Source: an uncultured SAR86 cluster bacterium (GTDB lineage: Bacteria > Pseudomonadota > Gammaproteobacteria > Magnimaribacterales > D2472). From it: a stretch of DNA of 64,000 bases. The DNA lies in assembly GCA_902559345.1 (NCBI GenBank), contig CACEHH010000003.1:1316-65315 (forward strand). The letters are read 5' to 3'. Every line of letters starts with the position of its first letter. Within the stretch, counting starts at the first letter, position 1. A program made the position numbers and the translations under genes. Positions 20,296-34,356 of this stretch are shown in pieces. The notes under the pieces are model-generated. The model saw only the letters and a program-made list of their open reading frames with translations, made no database searches and was not told the DNA's origin.

Positions 20296-20767
20296 GTGTA
20301 CTTAAAAAACCTGCAAATATTCCTGCTATTAAATCATCAAAGACAATACCAAATCCGTTTTTAAATTTTTGATCAAAATAAGAAATTGGATATGGTTTAA
20401 GAATATCAAATATTCTAAACAAAATTAAAGCACTTACAGCATATACAGTTCGCTCATATTGGTCTGAGGCAAAATAAACAACAGGAATTAAAGCTACCCA
20501 CATACCTGCCAGTTCATCAATTACAATTGATTTATGATCTTTTTCAACTAAATTTCTAGAAACCTTTTCGCATATCCAAATAGCAAAAAAGATAGTAATA
20601 ATTATTAATATCAAAATACTGGACTTACCAAGCAAATGCGCCATAAATATAAATATTGCCCATGCAAAAATACTACCAAAAGTACCTGGCGCAATTGGGA
20701 TTAGGCCAATTCCTCCGAGAGTTGCTATTAAATGATATATATTTTTTAAATTTGGAAATTTTTGCAT
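20273..20767 (-). CDS. pgpA: Phosphatidylglycerophosphatase A
   Basis: 164 aa. GIGLIPIAPGTFGS, DHKSIVIDELAGMW, and FRIFDILKPYPI. Confidence 0.88.
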   Translation of the reverse strand: MQKFPNLKNIYHLIATLGGIGLIPIAPGTFGSIFAWAIFIFMAHLLGKSSILILIIITIFFAIWICEKVSRNLVEKDHKSIVIDELAGMWVALIPVVYFASDQYERTVYAVSALILFRIFDILKPYPISYFDQKFKNGFGIVFDDLIAGIFAGFLSTLIVIFLI

Positions 20768-20788
20768 TCTTTATAATTGTATAACTTT

Positions 20789-21682
20789 TTATATAAAAGA
20801 GTCCCAGCCTTCTTTATTGAGATTTATATTTTCATCTTGGTTTAATAGTTCAACATCAGACCCTGAAGTGATTATGCCTATTTGAATATAATCATCTTGA
20901 TTAAGATCTTTTTTATATTTTTCTTCGCAAGTAAAGCATAATTCATAATCATCTCCATATGATAAATCATTGATATCATTGATAATCGGAATTTTTTCAA
21001 GCTTTATACTTGCTCCAACTCCAGATGATTTACATATACTATTAAGATCTTTTATTAAGCCGTCTGATATGTCTATACAAGATGAAGCTAGGCTAGATAT
21101 ATATTTGCTTTTCTTAAAATTTACTTTAGGCCTAAAATAATCAGATATATATTTAGATTTTTTATTCTTCTTCCAATCAAGAAGGCCTTTTCTTCCCTTG
21201 CCTAGCGATCCAGTTATATAAACTAAATCATTTGGCTTGGCATTAGATCTTAAGATTGGTTCTTTAAATGGATATCCGAAAACGTTTACACATACATTGA
21301 GCTCTCCGTATGTGATATCTCCACCAACTAATTTCATATTGTAATCATCTATTATTGATGCAACTCCTTTTGTAAATTGTTTATACCAATAAATATCTTT
21401 TTTATCTGATGTAAGTCCTATAGTCATAAAGGATGGATAGGCTCCCATTGCTGCTAAATCACTTAATGCAACAGCGATTGATCTATATGCTATATCTTCT
21501 GGATTAGAATTTTCTGGGAAATGTGTGTTTACTTTTGATATGTCCAATGAATGGATAAGATTTTTATCTTGCTTTTTTATAACTGCAGCATCATCTCCAG
21601 AGCCGACAAGCACTAAGTCAGATTGAAATTGATTCTCAACTAAATGCTGAAAAGATTCTAAGATATCTGATTCAGATATCAA
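20789..21682 (-). CDS. thiL: Thiamine-monophosphate kinase
   Basis: 297 aa with a TTG start that overlaps the thiolase stop codon. GDDAAVI, VGGDIT, and CIDISDGL. It precedes pgpA as usual. Confidence 0.85.
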   Translation of the reverse strand: MISESDILESFQHLVENQFQSDLVLVGSGDDAAVIKKQDKNLIHSLDISKVNTHFPENSNPEDIAYRSIAVALSDLAAMGAYPSFMTIGLTSDKKDIYWYKQFTKGVASIIDDYNMKLVGGDITYGELNVCVNVFGYPFKEPILRSNAKPNDLVYITGSLGKGRKGLLDWKKNKKSKYISDYFRPKVNFKKSKYISSLASSCIDISDGLIKDLNSICKSSGVGASIKLEKIPIINDINDLSYGDDYELCFTCEEKYKKDLNQDDYIQIGIITSGSDVELLNQDENINLNKEGWDSFI

Positions 21683-22866
21683 GAAGGGTATCTTTCAAAC
21701 AATCCGCTAGCTCCCATGCCTCCACCAATACACATAGTTACTATTCCAAATTGTTTATCTAAGGCTTGAAGCTGACGAGTTATATGTCCAACCTGTCTTG
21801 AGCCAGTCATGCCAAAAGGATGACCTATTGAGATGGATCCTCCATCTAAATTTAGCTTATCCATAGGAATTCCAAGCTTATCTCTACAATAAACTACTTG
21901 CACAGCAAAGGCTTCATTTAATTCCCATATATCAATATCATTCATAGATAAATTATAATTCTTAAGAAGTTTTGGAACAGAATATACTGGACCTATGCCC
22001 ATTTCATCAGGCTCACACCCCATAGTAGTGAAACCTCTAAAGTATGCAGTTGGTTTTAATCCAAGATCTTTAGCTTTTTCTTCAGACATTACAAGCGTTA
22101 CTGATGCCCCATCAGAAAGCTGTGAGGAATTTCCTGCAGTTACAGATCCATTTTCTGGATCAAATACTGGTTTTAATGAAGAAAGACCTTCTAACGTTGT
22201 TTCTGGTCTATTACATTCATCTTTATCAACTGTGTAATCAATCTCCTTAGACTCGCCAGTTTCTTTATTTGTCAATAACATCTTTGTTTGCATTGGAATT
22301 ATTTCATCATCATACCCACCAGCTTGTTGAGCTGCTGCAGTTCTCATTTGGCTTTCATAAGCATATTCATCTTGAGCTTCTCTAGAAACATCATACCTTT
22401 TAGCAACAACCTCTGCAGTCATTCCCATAGGATAGTAAATACCAGGAGATTCTTGAGCAAGTCTTTCATTAACAAAATTATCCATATTAGTATTCATCAT
22501 TGATATTGTTTCTGCTCCACCAGCAATTACAGTGTCATAGCAACCTGCCATAATTTGACCTGCTGCCATTGATATTGATTGTAGTCCTGAGGAGCAATAT
22601 CTATTAATAGTTGTACCACCTGTGGTAATAGGTAAATTTGATAAAACAGCTGCATTCCTTCCAACATTATGTCCTTGAGCTCCCTCTGGATTTCCACAAC
22701 CCATGATAATATCTTCAACCTCTTCAGGAGGTAAATTTGGGTTCCTTTCTAGGATTGCATTAATAATATGAGCTAACATTTCATCTGGCCTAGTCATATT
22801 AAATCCGCCTCTGTGAGACTTAGCTAATCCTGTTCTAACACTATCAACAATAACTACATTTTTCAT
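21679..22866 (-). CDS. Acetyl-CoA C-acyltransferase (thiolase)
   Basis: 395 aa. Active-site Cys region NRYCSSGLQSI and C-terminal motifs GHPFGMTG and CIGGGMG. Confidence 0.92.
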   Translation of the reverse strand: MKNVVIVDSVRTGLAKSHRGGFNMTRPDEMLAHIINAILERNPNLPPEEVEDIIMGCGNPEGAQGHNVGRNAAVLSNLPITTGGTTINRYCSSGLQSISMAAGQIMAGCYDTVIAGGAETISMMNTNMDNFVNERLAQESPGIYYPMGMTAEVVAKRYDVSREAQDEYAYESQMRTAAAQQAGGYDDEIIPMQTKMLLTNKETGESKEIDYTVDKDECNRPETTLEGLSSLKPVFDPENGSVTAGNSSQLSDGASVTLVMSEEKAKDLGLKPTAYFRGFTTMGCEPDEMGIGPVYSVPKLLKNYNLSMNDIDIWELNEAFAVQVVYCRDKLGIPMDKLNLDGGSISIGHPFGMTGSRQVGHITRQLQALDKQFGIVTMCIGGGMGASGLFERYPS

Positions 22867-22888
22867 AATTTCTCCAATAAAATCTAAA

Positions 22889-23200
22889 CTATTCTAGACT
22901 ATCTTCTTCCTTTCTTAAAGCTTTATACCAATCAGGAATTAATTCAATTTCATGTTCCTTTGCTTTCTTTAAAACATAAGGAATTGAAATTGGGCTAAAG
23001 GGAAGAATTGCTAGAATACCAAGGCCAACACTCTTTAAAACTTGCTTAAGTTGATAGTTTGCTTTCTCTATCTCTTCCTCAGTTGCACTCCCCTCAATAT
23101 GTTTCATATAAATATCTAGCATTTTTTTATTTTCATCAGTTTCTTCAAGGAACGAATCTTTAAGTCTTAAGATATATTGTTTAATTTTTTTTGTATTCAT
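22889..23200 (-). CDS. Hypothetical small protein with one hydrophobic segment
   Basis: 103-aa ORF, co-directional with and 22 nt upstream of the thiolase. Charged helical N-terminus plus VGLGILAILPFSPISIPYVL. I cannot assign a family with confidence. Confidence 0.35.
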   Translation of the reverse strand: MNTKKIKQYILRLKDSFLEETDENKKMLDIYMKHIEGSATEEEIEKANYQLKQVLKSVGLGILAILPFSPISIPYVLKKAKEHEIELIPDWYKALRKEEDSLE

Positions 23201-23233
23201 ATGAGTACAAATATTATGCTACATTTAGCTAAG

Positions 23234-23887
23234 ATGAAGAAATCTGATCGAGCAAAAGTTATAAAAAAAGTTTTAGATAAATTTTATCCAGAAACCCCCA
23301 TACCTCTTAATCATGAAGATGTTTTCACATTGCTTATTGCTGTTCTTTTATCTGCTCAGTGTACTGACGAAAGAGTAAATAAAATAACACCAAAACTATT
23401 TTCAGTTGCACCAGATCCATTAAGCATGTCAAAACTTACTACTGATAAAATATATAAGATAATTAAGCCGTGTGGTCTTGGGCCACAAAAATCTAAAGCT
23501 ATTAATGAGTTATCAAATATATTAATAAATAAATTTAATGGTGAAGTTCCGAATAGCTTTAAAGATCTTGAAAAACTTCCAGGGGTTGGCCATAAAACGG
23601 CATCAGTTGTAATGAGTCAAGGTTTTGGAATTCCAGCATTCGCTGTTGATACCCATATTCATAGATTAGCTCAAAGGTGGGGCTTAACAAATGGAAAAAA
23701 TGTTAAGCAGACAGAAAATGACCTCAAAAATATTTTCTCTGAAGATTTATGGAATAAGCTCCATTTGCAAATCATTTTTTGGGGAAGAGAATACTGTACA
23801 GCGAGATCTTGTTATGGTCTAGATTGTGAAATTTGCAAAACCTGCTACCCAAAAAGAACAAAACCTTTTGTGCACAAAAAGCCTTAG
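23234..23887 (+). CDS. nth: Endonuclease III
   Basis: From MKKSDRAKVIKKVL... it aligns with the E. coli Nth N-terminus (LLIAVLLSAQCTDERVNK). HhH motif LPGVGHKTASVVM. The C-terminal Cys cluster CTARSCYGLDCEICKTC has spacing that differs from the E. coli C-X6-C-X2-C-X5-C. The track's start at 23177 would overlap the divergent ORF. Confidence 0.9.
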   Translation: MKKSDRAKVIKKVLDKFYPETPIPLNHEDVFTLLIAVLLSAQCTDERVNKITPKLFSVAPDPLSMSKLTTDKIYKIIKPCGLGPQKSKAINELSNILINKFNGEVPNSFKDLEKLPGVGHKTASVVMSQGFGIPAFAVDTHIHRLAQRWGLTNGKNVKQTENDLKNIFSEDLWNKLHLQIIFWGREYCTARSCYGLDCEICKTCYPKRTKPFVHKKP

Positions 23888-23939
23888 ATAATATAAAATT
23901 ACACTAAATTCTTATAATAATTTTGTATTTTTTTAAATC

Positions 23940-25220
23940 ATGAAATCATCTAAAAGCGATAGTATTTTTTCTAACTCAAACTCTATTAAAGATTATGATT
24001 CTGATTTGTGGGCATCATTTGAGCATGAGGCTGATAGACAGGAAGATCATATTGAGTTAATTGCATCTGAAAATTATGCTTCAAAAAGAATTCTTGAAGC
24101 ACAAGGCTCGATTCTTACAAATAAATATGCAGAAGGATATCCATCAAAACGATATTATGGTGGATGTGAAAATGTTGATATTGCAGAAAATCTTGCTATA
24201 GAAAGAGCTAAAAAACTTTTTAAAGCAGATTATGCAAATGTTCAACCTCACTCTGGCTCATCAGCCAATGCTGCAGCATATTTAGCTCTTCTAGAACCAA
24301 ATGATACTATCCTAGGAATGAGTCTTGACCATGGAGGTCATCTAACTCATGGATCAAAAGTAAATTTTTCTGGAAGAAATTATAAGAGTTTTCAATATGG
24401 GCTTCACCCTGAAACTAATGACATAAATTACGATGAAGTAAGATCTCTTGCAAAAGAACATAGTCCAAAATTAATTATTGCAGGATTTTCTGCTTTCACA
24501 GGAATTATCGATTGGGACAAATTTAGAAAAATTGCTGATGAGGTAGGGGCTTATTTTCTTGTTGATATGGCTCATGTTTCAGGGCTTGTTGCTGCTGATT
24601 TATACCCTTCGCCTATTCCCTATGCAGATGTTGTTACATCAACTACACATAAAACATTAAGGGGACCAAGATCTGGAATCATTCTTGCGAGAGCAAATGA
24701 AGAAATAGAAAAAAAACTAAATTCTGCAGTTTTTCCTGGCTCACAAGGCGGGCCTCTAATGCATGTGATTGCAGCTAAAGCTTTATGCTTCAAAGAAGCT
24801 CTAGACCCAGAATTTAAAATTTATACTCAACAAGTTATTAATAATGCAAAAATTATGGCGGAAACAATTATGTCAAATGGTATTAATATTGTTTGTAATG
24901 GAACTGAGAATCATATAGTGCTTGTTGATTTAAGAAGTAAAGGCATCACAGGCAAGGATTTAGAGAGAGTATTAGGATCTGTAAATATAACTGTTAATAA
25001 GAATTCTGTTCCAAATGATCCTGCTTCACCTTTCGTTACCTCTGGAATAAGAATTGGAACTCCTGCTATAACAACAAGAGGATTTAAAGAAAAAGAAACA
25101 ATTCAGATTAGCAACTGGATTTCAGATATTATCAATGATTTTGATAATGAAGAGTTGCAAAAAAATGTCAAAGAGAAAGTACAAAATCTTACAAGTAATT
25201 TTCCAGTATATAATGTCTAA
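23940..25220 (+). CDS. glyA: Serine hydroxymethyltransferase
   Basis: 426 aa. [25 protein letters not shown], and the PLP-Lys region [16 protein letters not shown]. Confidence 0.97.
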   Translation: MKSSKSDSIFSNSNSIKDYDSDLWASFEHEADRQEDHIELIASENYASKRILEAQGSILTNKYAEGYPSKRYYGGCENVDIAENLAIERAKKLFKADYANVQPHSGSSANAAAYLALLEPNDTILGMSLDHGGHLTHGSKVNFSGRNYKSFQYGLHPETNDINYDEVRSLAKEHSPKLIIAGFSAFTGIIDWDKFRKIADEVGAYFLVDMAHVSGLVAADLYPSPIPYADVVTSTTHKTLRGPRSGIILARANEEIEKKLNSAVFPGSQGGPLMHVIAAKALCFKEALDPEFKIYTQQVINNAKIMAETIMSNGINIVCNGTENHIVLVDLRSKGITGKDLERVLGSVNITVNKNSVPNDPASPFVTSGIRIGTPAITTRGFKEKETIQISNWISDIINDFDNEELQKNVKEKVQNLTSNFPVYNV

Positions 25221-25700
25221 ATGTTCTGTCCTTTTTGCCAAGCTGAAGATACTAAGGTAATTGACTCTAGATTAGTTACTGATGGCACACAAATCAGAAG
25301 AAGACGATCATGTGAAGTCTGTCAATCAAGATTTACAACATTTGAAACTGCTGACCTTGCCCTGCCAAGAGTAATTAAAAGTAATGGTGAAAGACAGCCA
25401 TTTAATGGATCTAAATTAAAAAAAGGTATGTTAAGAGCGCTAGAAAAAAGACCTTTATCTGCAGAAGAGATAGACTCTGTATTTGGAAAAATCTTAAAAG
25501 AAATTAGGACTAGAGGTGTTCGAGAGATTAAATCTATTGAAATTGGAGAAATTATGATGAATGCTTTAAAGGATGTGGATAGTGTTGCCTACGTTCGTTT
25601 TGCTTCTGTTTACAGGGATTTCCAAGATATAAAAGATTTTTCAGAGGAGATAAATTCACTTAGCAAGGAAAGTCCTAAAAATAAAAAATCAAAGAAATGA
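25221..25700 (+). CDS. nrdR: Transcriptional repressor NrdR
   Basis: 159 aa. Zinc ribbon [17 protein letters not shown]...[12 protein letters not shown] plus an ATP-cone. Confidence 0.95.
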   Translation: MFCPFCQAEDTKVIDSRLVTDGTQIRRRRSCEVCQSRFTTFETADLALPRVIKSNGERQPFNGSKLKKGMLRALEKRPLSAEEIDSVFGKILKEIRTRGVREIKSIEIGEIMMNALKDVDSVAYVRFASVYRDFQDIKDFSEEINSLSKESPKNKKSKK

Positions 25701-26698
25701 ATTACGAAGAGTTAATGCTTCGTGCTATCACTAAAGCTGAAAAATTTAAATACACTGCAAAACCAAACCCTGTTGTAGGCGCAATCATTATCAATGATAA
25801 TGAAATAATCTCAGAAGGCTATCATGAAGTTTATGGAAAAAATCATGCTGAAATTAACGCAATTGAGGAAGCTCAAAAATATCTAGGTAAAAAATTTCAA
25901 AGCTTTTCAGAATTAACGTTAATATGCACATTGGAACCATGCAGTCACATTGGAAAAACAGGCTCTTGCGCAGATTTTATAGTTAAAACTGGTTTTAAAA
26001 ACGTAATAATTGGAGCAATTGATCCCAATCCAAAAGTTGCAGGCAATGGTATAAAAATTTTAGAAGCTAATAAAGTTTCGGTTAAGTCTGGATTATGCAA
26101 GGATCTTATAGAAAAACAAAATAGATTTTTCTTTTACAAACATAAAACAAATAAACCTTATATTACTATCAAAATTGCATCTTCTCTTGACGGAAAATCT
26201 CATTACAATGATGAAAGAGTTTTTATCACTTCTGAGTCATCTCGAAATGATGTTCAAAAAATTAGAGCTAATTATGATGCTATTTTGACCGGAGGAAATA
26301 CTTTGAGAAATGATAATCCAATAATGAATGCACGCGTTAATTTCTCTGTAAATCAAGCCAAAAAGATTTTATTAACAAATAATTCTTATAATAAAGAATC
26401 AGATTTTTTTAAAAATGCTTCTGTAGATGTTTTTAAAATTAATGATTTGAATGAAATTATTGATTCATATAAAGATAGTGACATATGTTCAATATTGATC
26501 GAAGCTGGACCAAAGTTAGTAAATGCATTTCTTAATAAAGGAATAGTTGATGAATTAATTGTTTATAAATCAACAAAAAAACTTGGGGAAAAAGGAGTTA
26601 ATTGGTTTTATGAAGATTATGCTATTGAAAATTATGGTTTTAAATTAGAATCCTCATATAAAATTGATACTGACTTAAAAAATACATATAAAAAATGA
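25697..26698 (+). CDS. ribD: Bifunctional diaminohydroxyphosphoribosylaminopyrimidine deaminase / 5-amino-6-(5-phosphoribosylamino)uracil reductase
   Basis: 333 aa. Deaminase zinc motifs HAEINAI and [14 protein letters not shown], followed by a C-terminal reductase domain. Confidence 0.9.
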   Translation: MNYEELMLRAITKAEKFKYTAKPNPVVGAIIINDNEIISEGYHEVYGKNHAEINAIEEAQKYLGKKFQSFSELTLICTLEPCSHIGKTGSCADFIVKTGFKNVIIGAIDPNPKVAGNGIKILEANKVSVKSGLCKDLIEKQNRFFFYKHKTNKPYITIKIASSLDGKSHYNDERVFITSESSRNDVQKIRANYDAILTGGNTLRNDNPIMNARVNFSVNQAKKILLTNNSYNKESDFFKNASVDVFKINDLNEIIDSYKDSDICSILIEAGPKLVNAFLNKGIVDELIVYKSTKKLGEKGVNWFYEDYAIENYGFKLESSYKIDTDLKNTYKK

Positions 26699-27774
26699 CT
26701 AAAAGCAATATTTTAGAAATAATTCAAGATATCAAAGATGGGAAGATGGTAATTATCGTTGATGATGAAGCTCGAGAAAATGAAGGTGATCTAGTCTGTG
26801 CAGCTGATTTAGTTACTCCTGAAATTATTAACTTTATGGCTTCAAAGGGAAAGGGATTAATTTGTCTTCCAATGAGCACAAGACTTTGTCAAAAATACGA
26901 CCTTCAAATGATGACAAATAATAATAGAGCTGCAAATAAAACAGCTTTTACAGTTTCAATTGAAGCTGCCGAAGGTATCACTACTGGAATATCTGCAGCT
27001 GATAGATCTCATACAATTAAAACAGCAGTAAATAAAGACTCAAAGCCATCAGATATTGTTCAACCAGGCCATGTTTTCCCTTTAAAAGCAATGAAAGGCG
27101 GTGTACTAAGCAGGGCTGGTCATACTGAAGCTGCATGTGATTTATCAAAGCTAGCTGGATTACAGTCCGCAGGCGTTATATGTGAAATTATGAATGATGA
27201 TGGAACAATGGCTCGAAGAGATGATCTAATAAAATTTGGTGAAGAAAATGACATTAAAGTTGGTACCATTGCTGACTTAATAGATTATAGACTTTCAATG
27301 GATGCAACTGTTGAGTCTGTTCTCGATAAAGACGTAGAAAACGAATTTGGTAAATTTAAATTAAATGTATGGAGAGATAAAATTCATGATGAATATCATT
27401 TTTCCCTTTCAAAGGGTGACCTTAAATCAGTTGAATCTCCACTTGTAAGAGTTCAAACTCAAAGTATTCTTCAGGATACTTTGGGAATAGATGAGCTTGG
27501 GAAAAATTGGTCTATAAGAGACTCATTAAAAAGAATTGCAGATGAAGGCACTGGATTGTTTGTATTAATTAATTATAAAGATGCAAAAAGTTATTGGCTC
27601 AACAAACTTGAAGAAAAAGAAATTGAACCAAAAAGCAATAGAAGGGTTATAGGAGTAGGTTCGCAAATATTAAGAGCATTAGATTTAAAGAAAATTACTG
27701 TTCTTGGGACCCCTACTAAATATAATGCAGTCTCAGGATTTGATATTGAAATTACAGGATTTATAAATGAATAA
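26695..27774 (+). CDS. ribB: 3,4-dihydroxy-2-butanone-4-phosphate synthase fused to a GTP-cyclohydrolase-II-like domain that lacks the zinc cysteines (RibBX-type)
   Basis: 359 aa. The DHBPS domain looks intact ([21 protein letters not shown]). The C-terminal domain reads [20 protein letters not shown] where RibA has RVHSECLTGD...RCDCG, so no Cys is present. Confidence 0.88.
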   Translation: MTKSNILEIIQDIKDGKMVIIVDDEARENEGDLVCAADLVTPEIINFMASKGKGLICLPMSTRLCQKYDLQMMTNNNRAANKTAFTVSIEAAEGITTGISAADRSHTIKTAVNKDSKPSDIVQPGHVFPLKAMKGGVLSRAGHTEAACDLSKLAGLQSAGVICEIMNDDGTMARRDDLIKFGEENDIKVGTIADLIDYRLSMDATVESVLDKDVENEFGKFKLNVWRDKIHDEYHFSLSKGDLKSVESPLVRVQTQSILQDTLGIDELGKNWSIRDSLKRIADEGTGLFVLINYKDAKSYWLNKLEEKEIEPKSNRRVIGVGSQILRALDLKKITVLGTPTKYNAVSGFDIEITGFINE

Positions 27775-28189
27775 AATATTAATTGTTCAAACAACTTGGT
27801 ATGAAGAAAAAACTGTTGATATGTCGAATATTGTAATAGATATATTAGAAAGTGATGAGCTTGATAAAACAACTCGCATTATAAGTGCAACTGCTCCTGG
27901 AGCGCTTGAGCTTGCTGCTGTAGCTAAACAACATATTCTTAAGCACGATGATTGCATTGGGATAATTTTTAATGGGATAGTTATAAGAGGTGAAACAATT
28001 CATTACCAACTTGTTACAAATGAGACATTTAGATCTATTGGATCGCTTGCTGAGAGTTTTTGTAATATAGCGATTATTAACAATGTTATATGTGTAGAAA
28101 ATTTAGCTCAGCTAGAGAAAAGACTCTTGAAAAATACTAAAAATAATACCTATGCTTTAATAGAGCTCATAAATGAAAAATCTAGCTAG
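27767..28189 (+). CDS. ribH: 6,7-dimethyl-8-ribityllumazine synthase, short and divergent
   Basis: 140 aa in the ribH slot between ribB and nusB. APGALELAAVAK and GIVIRGETIHYQLV are recognisably related to VPGAYELP and GTVIRGGTAHFEYV. The N-terminus and the C-terminal KAGNKG region are divergent. Confidence 0.65.
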   Translation: MNKILIVQTTWYEEKTVDMSNIVIDILESDELDKTTRIISATAPGALELAAVAKQHILKHDDCIGIIFNGIVIRGETIHYQLVTNETFRSIGSLAESFCNIAIINNVICVENLAQLEKRLLKNTKNNTYALIELINEKSS

Positions 28190-28583
28190 TTTCAAAATAG
28201 CAGTTAGAACTAGAGAGTATTTAATTCAAGCTATTTTCCAAATGCTTTTTAATGATCAAAAAACTTCTAAAATAATTAAACAATTCAAAGAGGAACATAA
28301 ATCAAAGAAGGTAGACTTTAAAATGTTTTCTGCATCTATAAAATCTATAGAAAAAAATAAAAAGAATATTGAAAATGCAATAGAGTCTTTAAATATTAAA
28401 AATTCCAGTATTGAGTTAATTGACAAATCAATACTCTATTTTGCAATCAATGAAATGCTTTTTGGTGAATTAGATAAGCCTGTAACTATCGATGAGTCTT
28501 TGAGGCTTTCTAAAAAATTCTCTAGTCCTGATTCTTACAAATTTATTAATGCAAGTTTGGATAAATTTCTAAAAACTATGTAA
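28173..28583 (+). CDS. nusB: Transcription antitermination factor NusB
   Basis: 136 aa. ELIDKSILYFAINEMLF...PVTIDESLRLSKKFSSPDSYKFINASLDKF matches the NusB C-terminal half. It follows ribH. Confidence 0.78.
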   Translation: MKNLASFKIAVRTREYLIQAIFQMLFNDQKTSKIIKQFKEEHKSKKVDFKMFSASIKSIEKNKKNIENAIESLNIKNSSIELIDKSILYFAINEMLFGELDKPVTIDESLRLSKKFSSPDSYKFINASLDKFLKTM

Positions 28584-28585
28584 AA

Positions 28586-30673
<2,088 letters not shown>

Positions 30674-30690
<17 letters not shown>

Positions 30691-31720
30691 CTTTTTTCTT
30701 ATTTTCTTCCATTATCTTATCTAGGGGTAAATATAAAAGATTATTGCCACCTTCAACATCCACCATGACTTTGGTTGAATTTGATAATACAGATTGAAGA
30801 GCATCTAAATATAACCTATCTCTTGTGACTTCAGGCGCCTTCTTATATTCTTCAAGAAGTTTGTTAAATCTATCAACCTCTCCTTCAGCATTTGCGACCA
30901 CTGCAAGTTTATATGCCTCAGCATCTCTTATTCTTGCTTGAGCTTGACCTCTTGCCTCTGGAACTATTGATAAAGCATATCTTTCTGCTTCATTTTGCAA
31001 TCTTTCTTTATCCTCTCTTGCAGCAACCACATCATCGAATGCATCTTTCACAGCTGGAGGAGGATCAGTTTTTTCTATATTAACTTGTTGAACTATCAAA
31101 CCTGTTTGATAAATATCTAAATAAGATTGCAGTCTCGTCTGGACTTCTTGCGCAATATTTTCTCTTCCTACTGTTAAGGTTGTATCAAGAGTATTATCAC
31201 CAACAACATGTCTTAAAGCACTTTCAATTGCATTCCTTAAGCTTCCTTCAGGATCTTTAACATTAAGAACAAAGTCTTTAAGATTCGCAATTCTATACTG
31301 AACAGAAACAGTTACATCAACTATATTTTCATCTTTAGTAAGCATGCTGTTTGTTTGGGTATATCTTCTAGTTAAAGAAACATTCTCGATATATCTTTCA
31401 TCAATACCAGCAAGTCTGAAATTTAACCCTTCGTCTTGCTCTTCATAAAATTCACCAAGCCTGAGAATAACCGCCCTTTCAGAAGCGTCAAGCTGATATA
31501 TGGATTGAGACGCATATATTATTAAAAAACCAAATAATCCATACATTAAAATTCTTGATGGTGAGAGTTTAAAACCTCTTTTATTTCCATCTCCACCAGA
31601 ACCATTGCTTGAAGGTTTTTTTCGACCAAGAATAGATGAAAACTTTTTCATTAATTCATCAAAATCTGGTGCGTCATTATTATTGCCCCAAGGATCTTTG
31701 TTGTTGTTATCCCAATTCAC
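30674..31720 (-). CDS. hflK: Protease modulator HflK (SPFH/band-7)
   Basis: 348 aa. N-terminus MNWDNNNKDPWGNNNDAPDFDELMKKF, then a TM helix and an SPFH domain. Confidence 0.9.
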
Positions 31721-31778
31721 TATTAATTACCTCAATTGTTTTCAATATTATAATTTATGTTGGGGCTTATTATCATAT

Positions 31779-32720
31779 TTAAAGTAAAGATGTTACCTTT
31801 TTGAAGGTATCTTCTAATATTTTTATATCATTTATACCAATTTCTTTAAATTCTTCCCAACCTCTAATCCAAGTTGACTGTCTTTTGGCTAGTTGTCTAG
31901 TTGCATACAATGCTTTATCAAAACAGGTTTCTAAATCATATTCATCATTTAGATAACTAAAAAATTGTTTATAGTTTACTGATTTTCGAATTGGATGATT
32001 TTTTGGAATTTTATAACGCTGCAACAAATTCTTCACTTCTTGCTCTAAACCATTATCGAACATCGATTTAAGTCTCTTTTCAATTCTTTCATGAATATTA
32101 GATCTTTCATCCATAATCCCAAACTGTAAGACTGAAAAATTATTTGTTAATGCTTTTTTTTGCTTATCTTTTAAAATCTCACTTAAGGGTTTGTTTAGAA
32201 CCTTAAATACCTCAAGTCCTCGAATTATTCTAGTTTCATCATTTTTATTAATTTTTTCTGCATACACAGGGTCTTTTTTCTTTAACAAATCATACAAATA
32301 TGAAGGTCCATTTTGTAATTTGCGTTGTTCTAACTCTGCCCTATAATTTTTTTCTCTATCGGGCAAGTCATGCATGCCATCAAGTAGCGACTTAAAGTAC
32401 ATCATTGAGCCACCAACAAATAATGGTATTTTCTTAGCTAAATGAGCTTTCTTTATTGTTTTATGAGATGTGCTACAAAAATCTGCAACACTAAATATTT
32501 TATTTGGAGAAATGATATCTACCATATCATGTGGGTATTTTTCTAAGATTTGCTTATCTGGTTTTGCAGAGCCAATATCACATCCCTTATACACCATAAC
32601 AGAATCAACACTTATTATTTGGACTGGAAACTTTTGGGCTAAGTTTAATGCTAAATCTGTTTTTCCAGTTGCAGTTGGCCCAAAAAGAAAAATAATTGGT
32701 AATTTTGTGTTGATAGTTAT
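31779..32720 (-). CDS. miaA: tRNA dimethylallyltransferase; 5' end extended beyond the ORF-track start, start codon non-canonical or unresolved
   Basis: The track ORF starts at an internal Met (MVYKGCDIGSAKP). The same frame upstream reads ITINTKLPIIFLFGPTATGKTDLALNLAQKFPVQIISVDSV, which contains the MiaA P-loop, back to an in-frame TAA at 32723..32721. There is no ATG/GTG/TTG in that stretch. Confidence 0.82.
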   Translation of the reverse strand: MTINTKLPIIFLFGPTATGKTDLALNLAQKFPVQIISVDSVMVYKGCDIGSAKPDKQILEKYPHDMVDIISPNKIFSVADFCSTSHKTIKKAHLAKKIPLFVGGSMMYFKSLLDGMHDLPDREKNYRAELEQRKLQNGPSYLYDLLKKKDPVYAEKINKNDETRIIRGLEVFKVLNKPLSEILKDKQKKALTNNFSVLQFGIMDERSNIHERIEKRLKSMFDNGLEQEVKNLLQRYKIPKNHPIRKSVNYKQFFSYLNDEYDLETCFDKALYATRQLAKRQSTWIRGWEEFKEIGINDIKILEDTFKKVTSLL

Positions 32721-32727
32721 TTAAGAG

Positions 32728-34310
<1,583 letters not shown>

Positions 34311-34356
34311 TAATAATTTAAAGCTCTAATAATGTAATAATACATCTTAATATTAT

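Noticed and set aside
23177-23233. Upstream ATG giving nth a 19-aa N-terminal extension (MFNFFCIHMSTNIMLHLAK).
   Set aside because: The extension overlaps the divergent 103-aa ORF and has no counterpart in Nth. Alignment with E. coli Nth begins at MKKSDRAK (23234).
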